A DNA stretch of 64,000 nucleotides, taken from the NCBI GenBank assembly GCA_043821365.1, contig JBDRCX010000006.1:160001-224000 (forward strand). The letters run 5' to 3'. This stretch comes from Candidatus Micrarchaeota archaeon (GTDB taxonomy: Archaea > Micrarchaeota > Micrarchaeia > Anstonellales > Bilamarchaeaceae). Every line of letters begins with the position of its first letter. The stretch's first letter is position 1. Below, piece after piece: positions 11,514 through 20,538 of this stretch. The notes under the pieces are model-generated. The model saw only the letters and a list, made by a program, of their open reading frames with translations. It did not search any database and was not told where the DNA came from. The position numbers and the translations under genes are program-made.

Positions 11514-11639
11514 CCACCATTCACAAGTAGAACATATAGAATAGGTAAGTAACTTTTATATACCTGATTTTATTTTGGTTTGGTTAGGGGGTGCACCTTC
11601 GAATTTCTAACTCGTCTAGAATAGGTTTATTTAACAAAA

Positions 11640-11691
11640 CGGGTAGCCACCAACCAGAAGGAGGGATGGGTGGGTGGAATGGTGGCTCCCG
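11640..11691. terminator. GC-rich stem-loop directly after the stop of 11692..12294
   Basis: CGGG-T-AGCCACCA pairs with TGGTGGCT-CCCG around a G-rich loop. Confidence 0.4.
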
Positions 11692-12294
11692 TCATGAGTA
11701 CGTTGACAAATTCATCAGATCATTCATATCACAAACCTTACCTGATGGAACAAACTTTGAAGGGTCATAGATCCATGGTTTGCAGTCGATTTGAGAGGAT
11801 GGAACACTTGAAAAATCAGGTTGGGAAGAAGTGGATGCAGTATAGGAATATGGATCAGGATCTGTTGTGTAATTAGATGGTTCAACAGTTATTGAATACC
11901 AATTACAGTCGGCAAATATGAATCCTGTTTCACAGCCCATATAGAATGTATTTCCTTTTGCTATATAGGCCATTTTTTCACAATCGCCAGGTGCATCAAT
12001 CTGAGTTCTCATTTCATCTTCGCCTTTCATATAAAGCTTCATAGTTGTGGGGGTTCCTTCATAGGTGGTAGTTATATCACATTCCAATGGAACGCCAAGA
12101 GCAGCCAGAACAGAAAATGTTTGCCCAGAAAGATCATTTTGAGAGGGTTGAATTGGAGTTGATTGATTTGGTTGAGAAGAATAATTCGGAACTACCCCAG
12201 GCATATACGGAGTTGAATCTCCAGTTAGAGAACAACAACCAAACATAAAAAATGCAAAAGTACCTAATATCAGTAAAATTTTCACTCCGTTCAT
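11692..12294 (-). CDS. Exported lipoprotein-like hypothetical protein
   Basis: Hydrophobic N-terminus ending FGCC, P/Q/S-rich linker, paired Cys. Confidence 0.7.
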   Translation of the reverse strand: MNGVKILLILGTFAFFMFGCCSLTGDSTPYMPGVVPNYSSQPNQSTPIQPSQNDLSGQTFSVLAALGVPLECDITTTYEGTPTTMKLYMKGEDEMRTQIDAPGDCEKMAYIAKGNTFYMGCETGFIFADCNWYSITVEPSNYTTDPDPYSYTASTSSQPDFSSVPSSQIDCKPWIYDPSKFVPSGKVCDMNDLMNLSTYS

Positions 12295-12376
12295 GCTATT
12301 GAAACATATCTAATGTTTAAAAATGTGATGTGGCTGTAACCACCTATTTTTTATTTATTGCAAACTGTAATGAATT

Positions 12377-13297
12377 ATGTTAGAAACCAAATTTTTCGAT
12401 AAAAAAATCAAAAATCCCATTTTTCTTGCTTCTGGAATTCTGGGAATGACCAAGGCGAGTCTTGAAACTGTATGTGATAATGGTTGTGGTGGAGTAATTG
12501 CAAAATCACTTACACTGGAACCAAGAAAAGGACATGAAGGCCCCAATATTGTAGAGGTCGAATGTGGAATATTAAATGCAATGGGATATCCAAACCCAGG
12601 CATAGATTATGGATTAACGGAATTTGGAAACTGGAAAAGAAAAGAAGCATTAGTAATTAGTGTTGTTGGTAAGGATGCTGAAGAATTTGGTATCCTTGCA
12701 GAAAAAACAGAAGCAGTAAAAGAAACTTTAGGTGCCAGTGCAATTGAAGCAGTTATTTCATGTCCACACACACCAGGATATGGTACTATGGCAGGACAAG
12801 GAACACCAGAAGCAATTGTGGAGATAGTTGGTGCAATAAAAGATAAATGCAAACTTCCTTTGATAATAAAATTATCCCCGTCAATTCCAGGAGAAGGAAA
12901 GGCTGCAGAAGCTGCAGAAAAAGCAGGAGCAGATGCGATAAATATGGGAAATTCACTTGGACCTGGAATGAAAATAGACATTAACAGAAAAAAACCAGTT
13001 CTTGGATTTGGTGTTGGTGGATTAACTGGCCCTGCAATAAAACCAATAATATTACGATGTGTTTATGATATTTACAAAACAGTGAAAATCCCGATAATTG
13101 CAACTGGAGGAATCACAAAAGGTGAAGATGCAATAGAAATGATTATGGCTGGTGCTAATTGGGTAAGTGTTGGTAGTGCAGTATATTATAGAGGACCACA
13201 TACTTTCAATCATATTGCAAAAGAAATTGAAGACTGGCTAAAGAATAATGAATGTGAATTAAATCAGATAAAAGGTGTTGCCCATGAAACGATTTGA
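12377..13297 (+). CDS. pyrD: Dihydroorotate dehydrogenase family 1, catalytic subunit
   Basis: ASGILG, AKSLT, NAMGYPNPG, ISCPH, KLSP, GGLTGPAIKP. Confidence 0.93.
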   Translation: MLETKFFDKKIKNPIFLASGILGMTKASLETVCDNGCGGVIAKSLTLEPRKGHEGPNIVEVECGILNAMGYPNPGIDYGLTEFGNWKRKEALVISVVGKDAEEFGILAEKTEAVKETLGASAIEAVISCPHTPGYGTMAGQGTPEAIVEIVGAIKDKCKLPLIIKLSPSIPGEGKAAEAAEKAGADAINMGNSLGPGMKIDINRKKPVLGFGVGGLTGPAIKPIILRCVYDIYKTVKIPIIATGGITKGEDAIEMIMAGANWVSVGSAVYYRGPHTFNHIAKEIEDWLKNNECELNQIKGVAHETI

Positions 13298-14087
13298 TGT
13301 TAGTAATAAAATCCACACAAATAAAATAAAAAAAATAATAGATGAGAATTATCGAGTGAGGACAATAGAGATAGACTGCAAACTGCCAACGGCAATGCCA
13401 GGGCAATTCATAATGATATGGATACCTGGAATTGGTGAACGGCCAATGAGTATTGGGAATAATAATCCATTAACTATATCAGTTGCCAATGTTGGAAAAT
13501 TTTCTGGTGAGTTAACTAAACTAAAAGCAGGAGATACTATTTCTTACCGTGGACCTTTCGGCAGGCCATTTGACATACCAGAAAATGCAGAACAAATTCT
13601 AGTTGTTGGTGGTGGATATGGTGTAGTTCCAATGTACTTTCTTGCAAAAACAGCAAAAGAAGCAAAGATTGAACCATATGCCATAGTGGGAGGTAAAACC
13701 GAAGGTGATATTGTCTATCACAAATATCTTTTTGCTGTTTGTAAGGAAGTTTTTATCACAACTGACGATGGAACAAAAGGCAGAAAAGGAAATGTGATGA
13801 CTGAAATTGAAGAATTATTTTTAAAGAAAAAATTTGATTGTGTTTATGCTTGCGGACCAGAAAAAATGATGTATGCAATTGCACATGCATGTAAACAGAA
13901 GAATATAATGTGTCAGGTTTCTTTGGAAAGATACATGAAATGTGGAACTGGTGTTTGTGGTTCCTGTGCAATAAACGGGAAATTCACATGTGTTGACGGA
14001 CCTGTTTTTTCAGCTGAAGAAGCATTTGCACTTTCAGATTTTGGTAAAAAACATAGGGATGCAACTGGACAGACAAAAGAATGGTGA
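13284..14087 (+). CDS. pyrK: Dihydroorotate dehydrogenase electron transfer subunit
   Basis: ERPMSI, GPFG, GGGYG, CGP, MKCGTGVCGSC...CVDGPVF; start moved to ATG 13284. Confidence 0.92.
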   Translation: MKRFDVSNKIHTNKIKKIIDENYRVRTIEIDCKLPTAMPGQFIMIWIPGIGERPMSIGNNNPLTISVANVGKFSGELTKLKAGDTISYRGPFGRPFDIPENAEQILVVGGGYGVVPMYFLAKTAKEAKIEPYAIVGGKTEGDIVYHKYLFAVCKEVFITTDDGTKGRKGNVMTEIEELFLKKKFDCVYACGPEKMMYAIAHACKQKNIMCQVSLERYMKCGTGVCGSCAINGKFTCVDGPVFSAEEAFALSDFGKKHRDATGQTKEW

Positions 14088-14128
14088 GTTCTATTTTCCA
14101 GAATAAATTAGCAATGTGGTGAGAATTG

Positions 14129-14163
14129 TACCAAAAAATTAGTAGCTACCTATATATAGGTAG
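14129..14163. promoter_or_regulatory. Tandem operator-like sites upstream of the rib operon, second site overlapping the TATA box
   Basis: TACCAAAAAATTAGTAG (14129-14145) and TACCTATATATAGGTAG (14147-14163); CTACCTATATATAGGTAG at 14146-14163 is a perfect palindrome. Confidence 0.7.
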
Positions 14164-14178
14164 AGCTACCACATCACT

Positions 14179-14805
14179 ATGAATTTTATGATTACAAATG
14201 CATTAGCCAAACTTAAGAAAGGCAAATTCGTCATAGTTTATGATGGAGATGAAAGAGAAGGAGAAGCAGATCTTGTCCTCCCGGCAAAATATATTACACC
14301 GGAAAAAATACGAATAATGAGAAAGGATGGTGGGGGACTTGTATGCACTGCAATAGAGAAAAAAGATGCGGATAAAATTGGCTTGCCTTTTTTCACTGAC
14401 CTTATAGAGAAAATTAAATTATCAAAAATGACTTGTAAAAAAACAGCATATGGCGACAAACCAGCATTTTCAATACCTGTGAATCATTGCAGGGTTTATA
14501 CTGGAATAACAGATAATGATAGGGCCCTTACAATAAAACAATTAGACGAAATTATAACAAAAAAACCAGAAAGATTCAAACGTGAATTTTACACACCAGG
14601 CCATGTGTTTTTGTTAATTGGACGGGGATTGAAAAATCGAAGAGGACACACCGAACTTGCTTTAGAATTAGGTAAACGTACAGGGTTTAGAGTGATGGTT
14701 CTTTGTGAAATGCTTGGAAACGGCAAAGCACTTTCCAAAAAGGATGTGAAAGCTTATGCAAAAGAACATGGAATTGATTTTATCGAGGGAAAGGATGTGG
14801 TTTGA
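14179..14805 (+). CDS. ribB: 3,4-dihydroxy-2-butanone 4-phosphate synthase
   Basis: DGDEREGEAD, GGGLVC, GITDNDRA, PGHV, RRGHTE, CEM. Confidence 0.93.
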   Translation: MNFMITNALAKLKKGKFVIVYDGDEREGEADLVLPAKYITPEKIRIMRKDGGGLVCTAIEKKDADKIGLPFFTDLIEKIKLSKMTCKKTAYGDKPAFSIPVNHCRVYTGITDNDRALTIKQLDEIITKKPERFKREFYTPGHVFLLIGRGLKNRRGHTELALELGKRTGFRVMVLCEMLGNGKALSKKDVKAYAKEHGIDFIEGKDVV

Positions 14806-15692
14806 TGGTAAAAATTGCAATAATTGATACGACATTTTCAAGAGTAGATATGGGTGAAATCGCGATAGATGAATTGAAAAAACATCCAAACATGGAAGTA
14901 GAACGAAAAACTGTCCCTGGAATAAAGGATCTCCCAGTAGAATGCAAAAAACTTCTTGAGTCTGGTTGTGATATTGCAATGGCACTTGGGATGGTTGGTG
15001 GTGCAGACATAGATACACAATGCGGTCATGAAGCTTCAATTGGAATCCAGCAAGCCAAACTAATGACAAATAAGCACATAATAGAGGTTTTTATTCATGA
15101 AAACGAAAGCTGGAGTGAGGATGGATTAAAGGAGATTTTTGAAAATAGAATCAGAAAACACGTCCAAAATGCAGTGATACTTGCAACAAATCCAGAAGAA
15201 CTTGAAAAGAATGCGGGAAAAGGAATTAGACAAGGCAAAAATGATGAAGGTAGTTTGTCAAATAAAAAACAGATAATCTTGGGGGTTGTTGTGTCTGAGT
15301 TTAATGATGAGATAACTGAACAAATGGAAGAGAAGGCAATTGGATTGTTAAATGAAGAGGGGATTTCAGCTAAGATAGTTCATGTCCCAGGTGTATACGA
15401 CATGCCACTTGTGGTGAAAAAACTTCTTATGGAGAAAAAAATTGATGGAGTTGTTACTTTAGGTGCTGTTGTAAAAGGAGAAACAGGGCATGATGAAGTG
15501 ATAACAAAAGATGTTGCAAAAAGATTGGGAGACCTTTCATTAGAATTCAGAAAACCAGTGACTCTCGGCATAATAGGGCATAATGCAGAATTAGAAATGG
15601 CAGAAGAAAGAGCAGAAGACTACACAGAACGTGCGATTAGATCAGCGATATATTTGATCAAAATACTTAGGGATGATATTAATGATAACTAA
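14805..15692 (+). CDS. ribC-ribH: Fused archaeal riboflavin synthase and lumazine synthase
   Basis: N half: DTTFSRVDMG, TVPGIKDLPV, CGHEAS, GIRQG. C half: VSEFN, VPGVYDMP, GAVVKGETGHD, PVTLGI. No stop between them. Confidence 0.9.
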   Translation: MVKIAIIDTTFSRVDMGEIAIDELKKHPNMEVERKTVPGIKDLPVECKKLLESGCDIAMALGMVGGADIDTQCGHEASIGIQQAKLMTNKHIIEVFIHENESWSEDGLKEIFENRIRKHVQNAVILATNPEELEKNAGKGIRQGKNDEGSLSNKKQIILGVVVSEFNDEITEQMEEKAIGLLNEEGISAKIVHVPGVYDMPLVVKKLLMEKKIDGVVTLGAVVKGETGHDEVITKDVAKRLGDLSLEFRKPVTLGIIGHNAELEMAEERAEDYTERAIRSAIYLIKILRDDINDN

Positions 15693-16260
15693 AGCAGCTG
15701 AAGCTTCATTACCAACACAGTATGGAAATTTTAGAGTGCATGCATTTGTAGACAAAGACGGGAGAGAACATTTAGCTCTTGTTAGATGTGAACACAAGTC
15801 ACACAATGGATTACCAGTTAGAGTCCATTCAAAATGTCTGACTGGAGACACACTCACATCCCTCAAATGCGATTGTCGTGCGCAACTAAAAGCATCAATG
15901 AAATACATAGAAAGAAACAAATGTGGGATACTTATTTACCTTGACCAGGAAGGGAGAGGTATAGGACTTGTAAATAAAATAAAGGCTTATGCTTTGCAAG
16001 AGAAGGGGATGGATACTGTCGAAGCAAATGTTCACCTTGGATTTCAAGAAGACATGAGAGACTTTTCTATTGCATCAGACATACTAGAATGTTTTGGGAT
16101 AACTGAAATTGCACTTATGACAAATAATCCAGAAAAAATACAACAGATTGAAAAACATGGTATAAAAGTAATAAAGAGGATCCCGATCATAATCAAAGCA
16201 AACAAGCACAATAAAAAATATCTTGAAACTAAAAAACAAAAAATGAAGCATATGTTGTGA
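15682..16260 (+). CDS. ribA: GTP cyclohydrolase II (bacterial type)
   Basis: RVHSKCLTGD...CDC, QEGRGIGL, DTVEAN, MTNNPEK; start taken as ATG 15682. Confidence 0.93.
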   Translation: MITKAAEASLPTQYGNFRVHAFVDKDGREHLALVRCEHKSHNGLPVRVHSKCLTGDTLTSLKCDCRAQLKASMKYIERNKCGILIYLDQEGRGIGLVNKIKAYALQEKGMDTVEANVHLGFQEDMRDFSIASDILECFGITEIALMTNNPEKIQQIEKHGIKVIKRIPIIIKANKHNKKYLETKKQKMKHML

Positions 16261-16264
16261 TTTT

Positions 16265-17359
16265 ATGAATGATTATATGGAATTGGCAATATCATTGGCA
16301 AAAAAAGCCAGTCCATCACCCAATCCGCAAGTTGGGGCAGTTTTAGTAAGGAAAGATGAAATAATAGGGCAGGGTGTTCACAAAAAAGCAGGAACCCCAC
16401 ACGCAGAAATAGAAGCAATCAAAGATGCCATCAGAAGAAAACATGACACCGTTGGATCGGTATTGTATGTAAATTTAGAACCATGTCCACACAACGACAA
16501 AAGGACTCCGCCTTGTGTTCCTACAATAATAAAAGCAGGCATACGAAAAGTTGTTTGTGCGATGAAAGATCCAAACCCAAAAGTAAACGGGAAGGGGATA
16601 GATGCTCTGAGAAATGCAGGAATTTTGGTTACTGTTGGAGTGATGGAAAACGAAGCAAGAACACTGAACGAAATCTACATTAAACAAATAACAAAGAATC
16701 TCCCATTCATAACAATGAAAGTTGCTATGAGCCTTGATGGTAAAATCGCCACAAGAACTGGGGACTCGAAATGGATATCCTGTGAAGCATCACGAAGATT
16801 GGTTGCAGAGATTAGAAACAGATATGATGGAGTTATGGTAGGTATAGGAACAATATTGAAAGATAATCCCAGGCTTACTTGTAGAATGAAAGGTGGTAAG
16901 GACCCAGTAAGAATCATTATTGATTCGAAACTTAGAATCCCGCTTGACGCAAATGTTCTGAAACGGGCAAATGAGATGGTAGTAATTGGCTGTGGAAATG
17001 AATTCGACAAAAAGAAGAAAATCAAATTAGAAAAAATGGGTGTTAAAGTTTTTGTAAATCCTCAGGAAGATAATGAAGTTGATTTGAAAAAATTAATGGA
17101 AAAACTAGCAAAGATAAATGTGAGATCAGTATTGCTTGAGGGCGGAAGTGCACTTGACGGTGCAATGGTTGATGCTAAATTGGTAGATAAATTTTCGATT
17201 TTTGTTGCCCCTAAAATAATTGGAGGGCAAGATGCAAAAGGACCAATAGGCGGAATAGGAACAGCATTAGTAAAAAACTCAATTAGATTAAAAAATCTAA
17301 AAGTTGAACAAATTGGTTCTGATTATTTTTTTGAAGGGTATGCAGAATATAAAAATTAA
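16265..17359 (+). CDS. ribD: Bifunctional pyrimidine deaminase/reductase (bacterial type)
   Basis: PNPQVGAV, HAE, LEPC...TPPC, AMSLDGKIA, EGG. Confidence 0.95.
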   Translation: MNDYMELAISLAKKASPSPNPQVGAVLVRKDEIIGQGVHKKAGTPHAEIEAIKDAIRRKHDTVGSVLYVNLEPCPHNDKRTPPCVPTIIKAGIRKVVCAMKDPNPKVNGKGIDALRNAGILVTVGVMENEARTLNEIYIKQITKNLPFITMKVAMSLDGKIATRTGDSKWISCEASRRLVAEIRNRYDGVMVGIGTILKDNPRLTCRMKGGKDPVRIIIDSKLRIPLDANVLKRANEMVVIGCGNEFDKKKKIKLEKMGVKVFVNPQEDNEVDLKKLMEKLAKINVRSVLLEGGSALDGAMVDAKLVDKFSIFVAPKIIGGQDAKGPIGGIGTALVKNSIRLKNLKVEQIGSDYFFEGYAEYKN

Positions 17360-18510
17360 CCAATCTCATAGAATGTTGTGTTCAGCATATCATAGTTTCT
17401 TAAAATATGCCAGCCATCAGATTCAATTGAATTGTTCTGGCTTTGCCACACCACATCAAAATTGGAATATATAGAAACCTCTGGAGATAATAGCAATGAT
17501 GGAATTTTGGTAAGATTATATTTTTTTATTAGGGTGGCTGCTTCAGTTGAATTTGATTCGTAATATGTCTCATTTTTAAGATAAAATCCAGCAGCTTGAG
17601 AGAAATATGCCCCTAGTTCTTTAGGATCAAAACAAGCATCGCAACTCACATTACCAATATAAATCGCATCTACAATACCACGAACTTGATTGTCAGGAAG
17701 TTGTTTGAATGGTGGTTTTATAGTACGTAAAACAAACCACCCATCATCCTCAAATGTTCCTAAGGAAACAAAATACTGAGAAATTGGATACACAAAGAAG
17801 TCCTCATCAAGCAAAAGAACTGGTAATTTAGTAATGTTGTACTTAGAGATAAGTTCTTGGGCCATGCTATCATTTTCATCTAAAATAGTTTTATTTGAGA
17901 ATATAACACCAACTGATATATCTTCCAGTGGTGGCATAAATTCACTGGCATCCATACAATCATTACAATCAGAGGCATGGATTGCGATTCCACTGACAAG
18001 TCCGAAAGATTTCCCAAGCGCAATGTCATAATATGGTGGATAAATGCCCCTGGAAACCAAAGTGCCATCAGATTCTTGCGAACCAACATTTTGTAACCAG
18101 ATTGAGACAAGATTTTCATCTGCCTCCGGGCTGCCAGACACAATAATCACTGGAAGTTCTGTGATATTATATTGTGATATAAAATGGTCTGCATCTTCTG
18201 AAGTATAACTGAGATTTTGTACAGAATCCAAGTACACATATTCGGATTCAGACAGGAAAATATTTACTTGCTGTATTGCGAGTTCACCATAATTACACTC
18301 TACACAGGGAGATTCTATGACAGTGAGTGTAACTGCTTTTTTCTGAGTATCATTACCTAGTTGTAAAGTATTGTTTGGAAGTGATGTATTGAAACTCTGG
18401 TTTGGTAGGTTGGGTTTTACCTCAGTTGAAGGCTGGACTAATGCGTATATGATAAGCCCTATAACAACTCCAAAAATGACCCAAATAAGCAGATTGAGGT
18501 AGGGTTTCAT
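17356..18510 (-). CDS. Membrane-anchored protein with three CxxC thioredoxin-like repeats
   Basis: N-terminal TM; CVEC, CNDC and CDAC, each followed by YN(I/L)TxxP. Confidence 0.75.
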   Translation of the reverse strand: MKPYLNLLIWVIFGVVIGLIIYALVQPSTEVKPNLPNQSFNTSLPNNTLQLGNDTQKKAVTLTVIESPCVECNYGELAIQQVNIFLSESEYVYLDSVQNLSYTSEDADHFISQYNITELPVIIVSGSPEADENLVSIWLQNVGSQESDGTLVSRGIYPPYYDIALGKSFGLVSGIAIHASDCNDCMDASEFMPPLEDISVGVIFSNKTILDENDSMAQELISKYNITKLPVLLLDEDFFVYPISQYFVSLGTFEDDGWFVLRTIKPPFKQLPDNQVRGIVDAIYIGNVSCDACFDPKELGAYFSQAAGFYLKNETYYESNSTEAATLIKKYNLTKIPSLLLSPEVSIYSNFDVVWQSQNNSIESDGWHILRNYDMLNTTFYEIG

Positions 18511-18598
18511 GAAATAAACTGGCAGAGCTATATTTTTAAATTAATGACTATAATAAAAGAAAACACAATCAAAGACTCATTTTTATTTTCGTGATTTT

Positions 18599-19117
18599 AT
18601 GGACGAGGAAACGCTGAGGGCAACGGTCGAAGAACTTGAAAAAAAGAAGTCAGAGCTGATTGATAGAATAAAACAGCTCAACCGCAGGATTAGATATAAG
18701 AAGTATGAACAGAAAGCACTTCAGCCTTTCCTAGAACAAACAAAGAATGTCCAAGTTGCTTCTTATAGAAAACAAAAAAGAGCACTTGAATTCAGAATTT
18801 CAACTGCAGCTTATACTCCTAAGATGGAAAAAGATTTACTTAAACACTTGAAAAAAGTTGATGATCAGCTTGACAAAGTAAAAGAAGTTGAGAGAGCACG
18901 AAGAAAAATAAAGTACGTGGAAAGCGATATATTTGAAGGAGAAAATGAGATTGCAAAAATAGAAGTAGAGCTCAAAACAATTAGAGAAGAGCTCAAGAAA
19001 CATTACGACGAGATGAAAACCATGCGCATAAGTGCAAGGAAACATGCTGCTGCACAAGCAAGAGCAGAAGAAGACCTTGTTGCACTTGGTGACCTGGCTT
19101 TTATTGAAAAAGACTGA
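18599..19117 (+). CDS. Coiled-coil hypothetical protein
   Basis: Heptad-rich, K/E/R-rich 172 aa. Confidence 0.75.
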   Translation: MDEETLRATVEELEKKKSELIDRIKQLNRRIRYKKYEQKALQPFLEQTKNVQVASYRKQKRALEFRISTAAYTPKMEKDLLKHLKKVDDQLDKVKEVERARRKIKYVESDIFEGENEIAKIEVELKTIREELKKHYDEMKTMRISARKHAAAQARAEEDLVALGDLAFIEKD

Positions 19118-19146
19118 AATGTTTGTGGAACCACACACATTTTTTT

Positions 19147-19527
19147 CTATTGTTTAATTGCATCAGCCACTATTTTCCCATGGTCACTACATAATTTTGG
19201 CAGATTAGATAGATCGTACCATTGCGCTTCATCTGCATCATCCCCTGCTTTCAACTCACCATTGATTTCTTTCACTAAAAAAGCACCAACTATTATGCCT
19301 CTTGGATCTCTTTTTGGATCAGAATATAAACCAATTAATTTGATTATTTCGATATCAATACCAGTTTCTTCTTTCATTTCTCTTTTGGCACATTCTTCAG
19401 CAGTTTCATTATCTTCTATTCTCCCACCAGGAACTGCCCATTCTCCTTTAAATGGTTCTTTCCCCCTTTTGATAAGTAGAACTTTCCCATTTTCAATTAA
19501 AACCATATCACAGGCAAACGGTCTCAT
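19147..19527 (-). CDS. NUDIX hydrolase
   Basis: Nudix box PGGRIEDNETAEECAKREMKEETG. Confidence 0.95.
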   Translation of the reverse strand: MRPFACDMVLIENGKVLLIKRGKEPFKGEWAVPGGRIEDNETAEECAKREMKEETGIDIEIIKLIGLYSDPKRDPRGIIVGAFLVKEINGELKAGDDADEAQWYDLSNLPKLCSDHGKIVADAIKQ

Positions 19528-19549
19528 GATAGGATAATAAAACCAAAGT

Positions 19550-19804
19550 TTAAGATTTGTTGACTTTTATGTCCCAGATGTATTTGTTTCTTGTTGGTAT
19601 TGAATCAACCTTTACACTAATGCCATAATTGTGTTTTTTTATCAAGTTATCCAAATCACGAAGCAGATTATCATTAATTTCATCAGTATTTATCCAAGAG
19701 CATGATTTCCTTGTAACAATACAATCAGCAATAACCAGTGCATCATGCTCGGTAATTCCAATATTTGTTAGTTCTACAATGATTTCTTCCGACTGGTCTG
19801 CCAT
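19550..19804 (-). CDS. Small hypothetical protein
   Basis: 84-aa ORF filling the gap with protein-like composition. Confidence 0.65.
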   Translation of the reverse strand: MADQSEEIIVELTNIGITEHDALVIADCIVTRKSCSWINTDEINDNLLRDLDNLIKKHNYGISVKVDSIPTRNKYIWDIKVNKS

Positions 19805-19837
19805 GTTTTGTTTTTACCGAGAAAGTTTAATAATTAG

Positions 19838-20293
19838 TTACAAAAGAGTTTTTTGAAAAATACTTGGATCAATATTAAACATAACATCAATGGTGGCCTT
19901 CCAACTAGCGTCTGAATCAGATGGAGGTAATTCGCCTTTGAAAAATGCATTTGAAACACGCACCATAGTGGTACTTGTTGCAGATGGAGGTTCTGGTACT
20001 GCTTCTCTTACTTCTTTAACTAGGTCCAACAATCTTTGGGCATCATCTTGAGAAAGAACACCTTTCCCACTATAATTACGGCCTAGAGTAAATGCAATTG
20101 AAAGTAGATCACGTTGCCTTTGATCAGTAGCTTCCCTAAGCTTTCGAAAGTGTGCGACTCTGCCAGGCGCTGCAAGGATACTGAGCCCCTCTGTGAGCAC
20201 AGAAATAGCTGTACCTGTCCTTGCCCAACGATCAACTACCCCTGCCATTTCTTGTTTCCTGTCAGGGGGAAGACCACGATAATTAAAACCCAT
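19838..20293 (-). CDS. Hypothetical protein
   Basis: 151-aa ORF with upstream AT-rich TATA-like sequence. Confidence 0.65.
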   Translation of the reverse strand: MGFNYRGLPPDRKQEMAGVVDRWARTGTAISVLTEGLSILAAPGRVAHFRKLREATDQRQRDLLSIAFTLGRNYSGKGVLSQDDAQRLLDLVKEVREAVPEPPSATSTTMVRVSNAFFKGELPPSDSDASWKATIDVMFNIDPSIFQKTLL

Positions 20294-20453
20294 GTTAAGG
20301 ATATAGATAATAAGTTATAAAAAGGTTCATTTTGTGGATGAGAGTCAAGTTTGAAGATGGGAATGATAGTACAACGAGAAAATACAGAGATAAGAATAGA
20401 ACCAACTGAAGTTTGATTAAACATTAACATCAGTATGTAAGGAGGAAAGTTTA

Positions 20454-20507
20454 GGTCAGACGCTGTTGACTTCATCATAGATCAGAGGTTGTTCAGGTCA
20501 TCATCCC
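20454..20507 (-). ncRNA. Box C/D methylation guide sRNA
   Basis: Minus strand GGG-AUGAUGA-CCUGAACAACCU-CUGA-UCU-AUGAUGA-AGUCAACAGCGU-CUGA-CC; all four boxes perfect, two 12-nt guides, TTTATAT about 25 nt upstream. Confidence 0.88.
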
Positions 20508-20538
20508 GAATAGAATAGAATAAGATTAAGATATAAAC

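Noticed and set aside
11588-11600. GGGTGCACCTT as another REP-like copy
   Set aside because: It lacks the TTTTT-NNN-AAAAA core and second arm.
15241-15247. ATGATGA at the RibC-RibH junction
   Set aside because: It is coding sequence (N-D-E) with no matching D box.
20338-20409. 23-codon plus-strand ORF MRVKFEDG...
   Set aside because: No ribosome-binding site or other support; within chance expectation.
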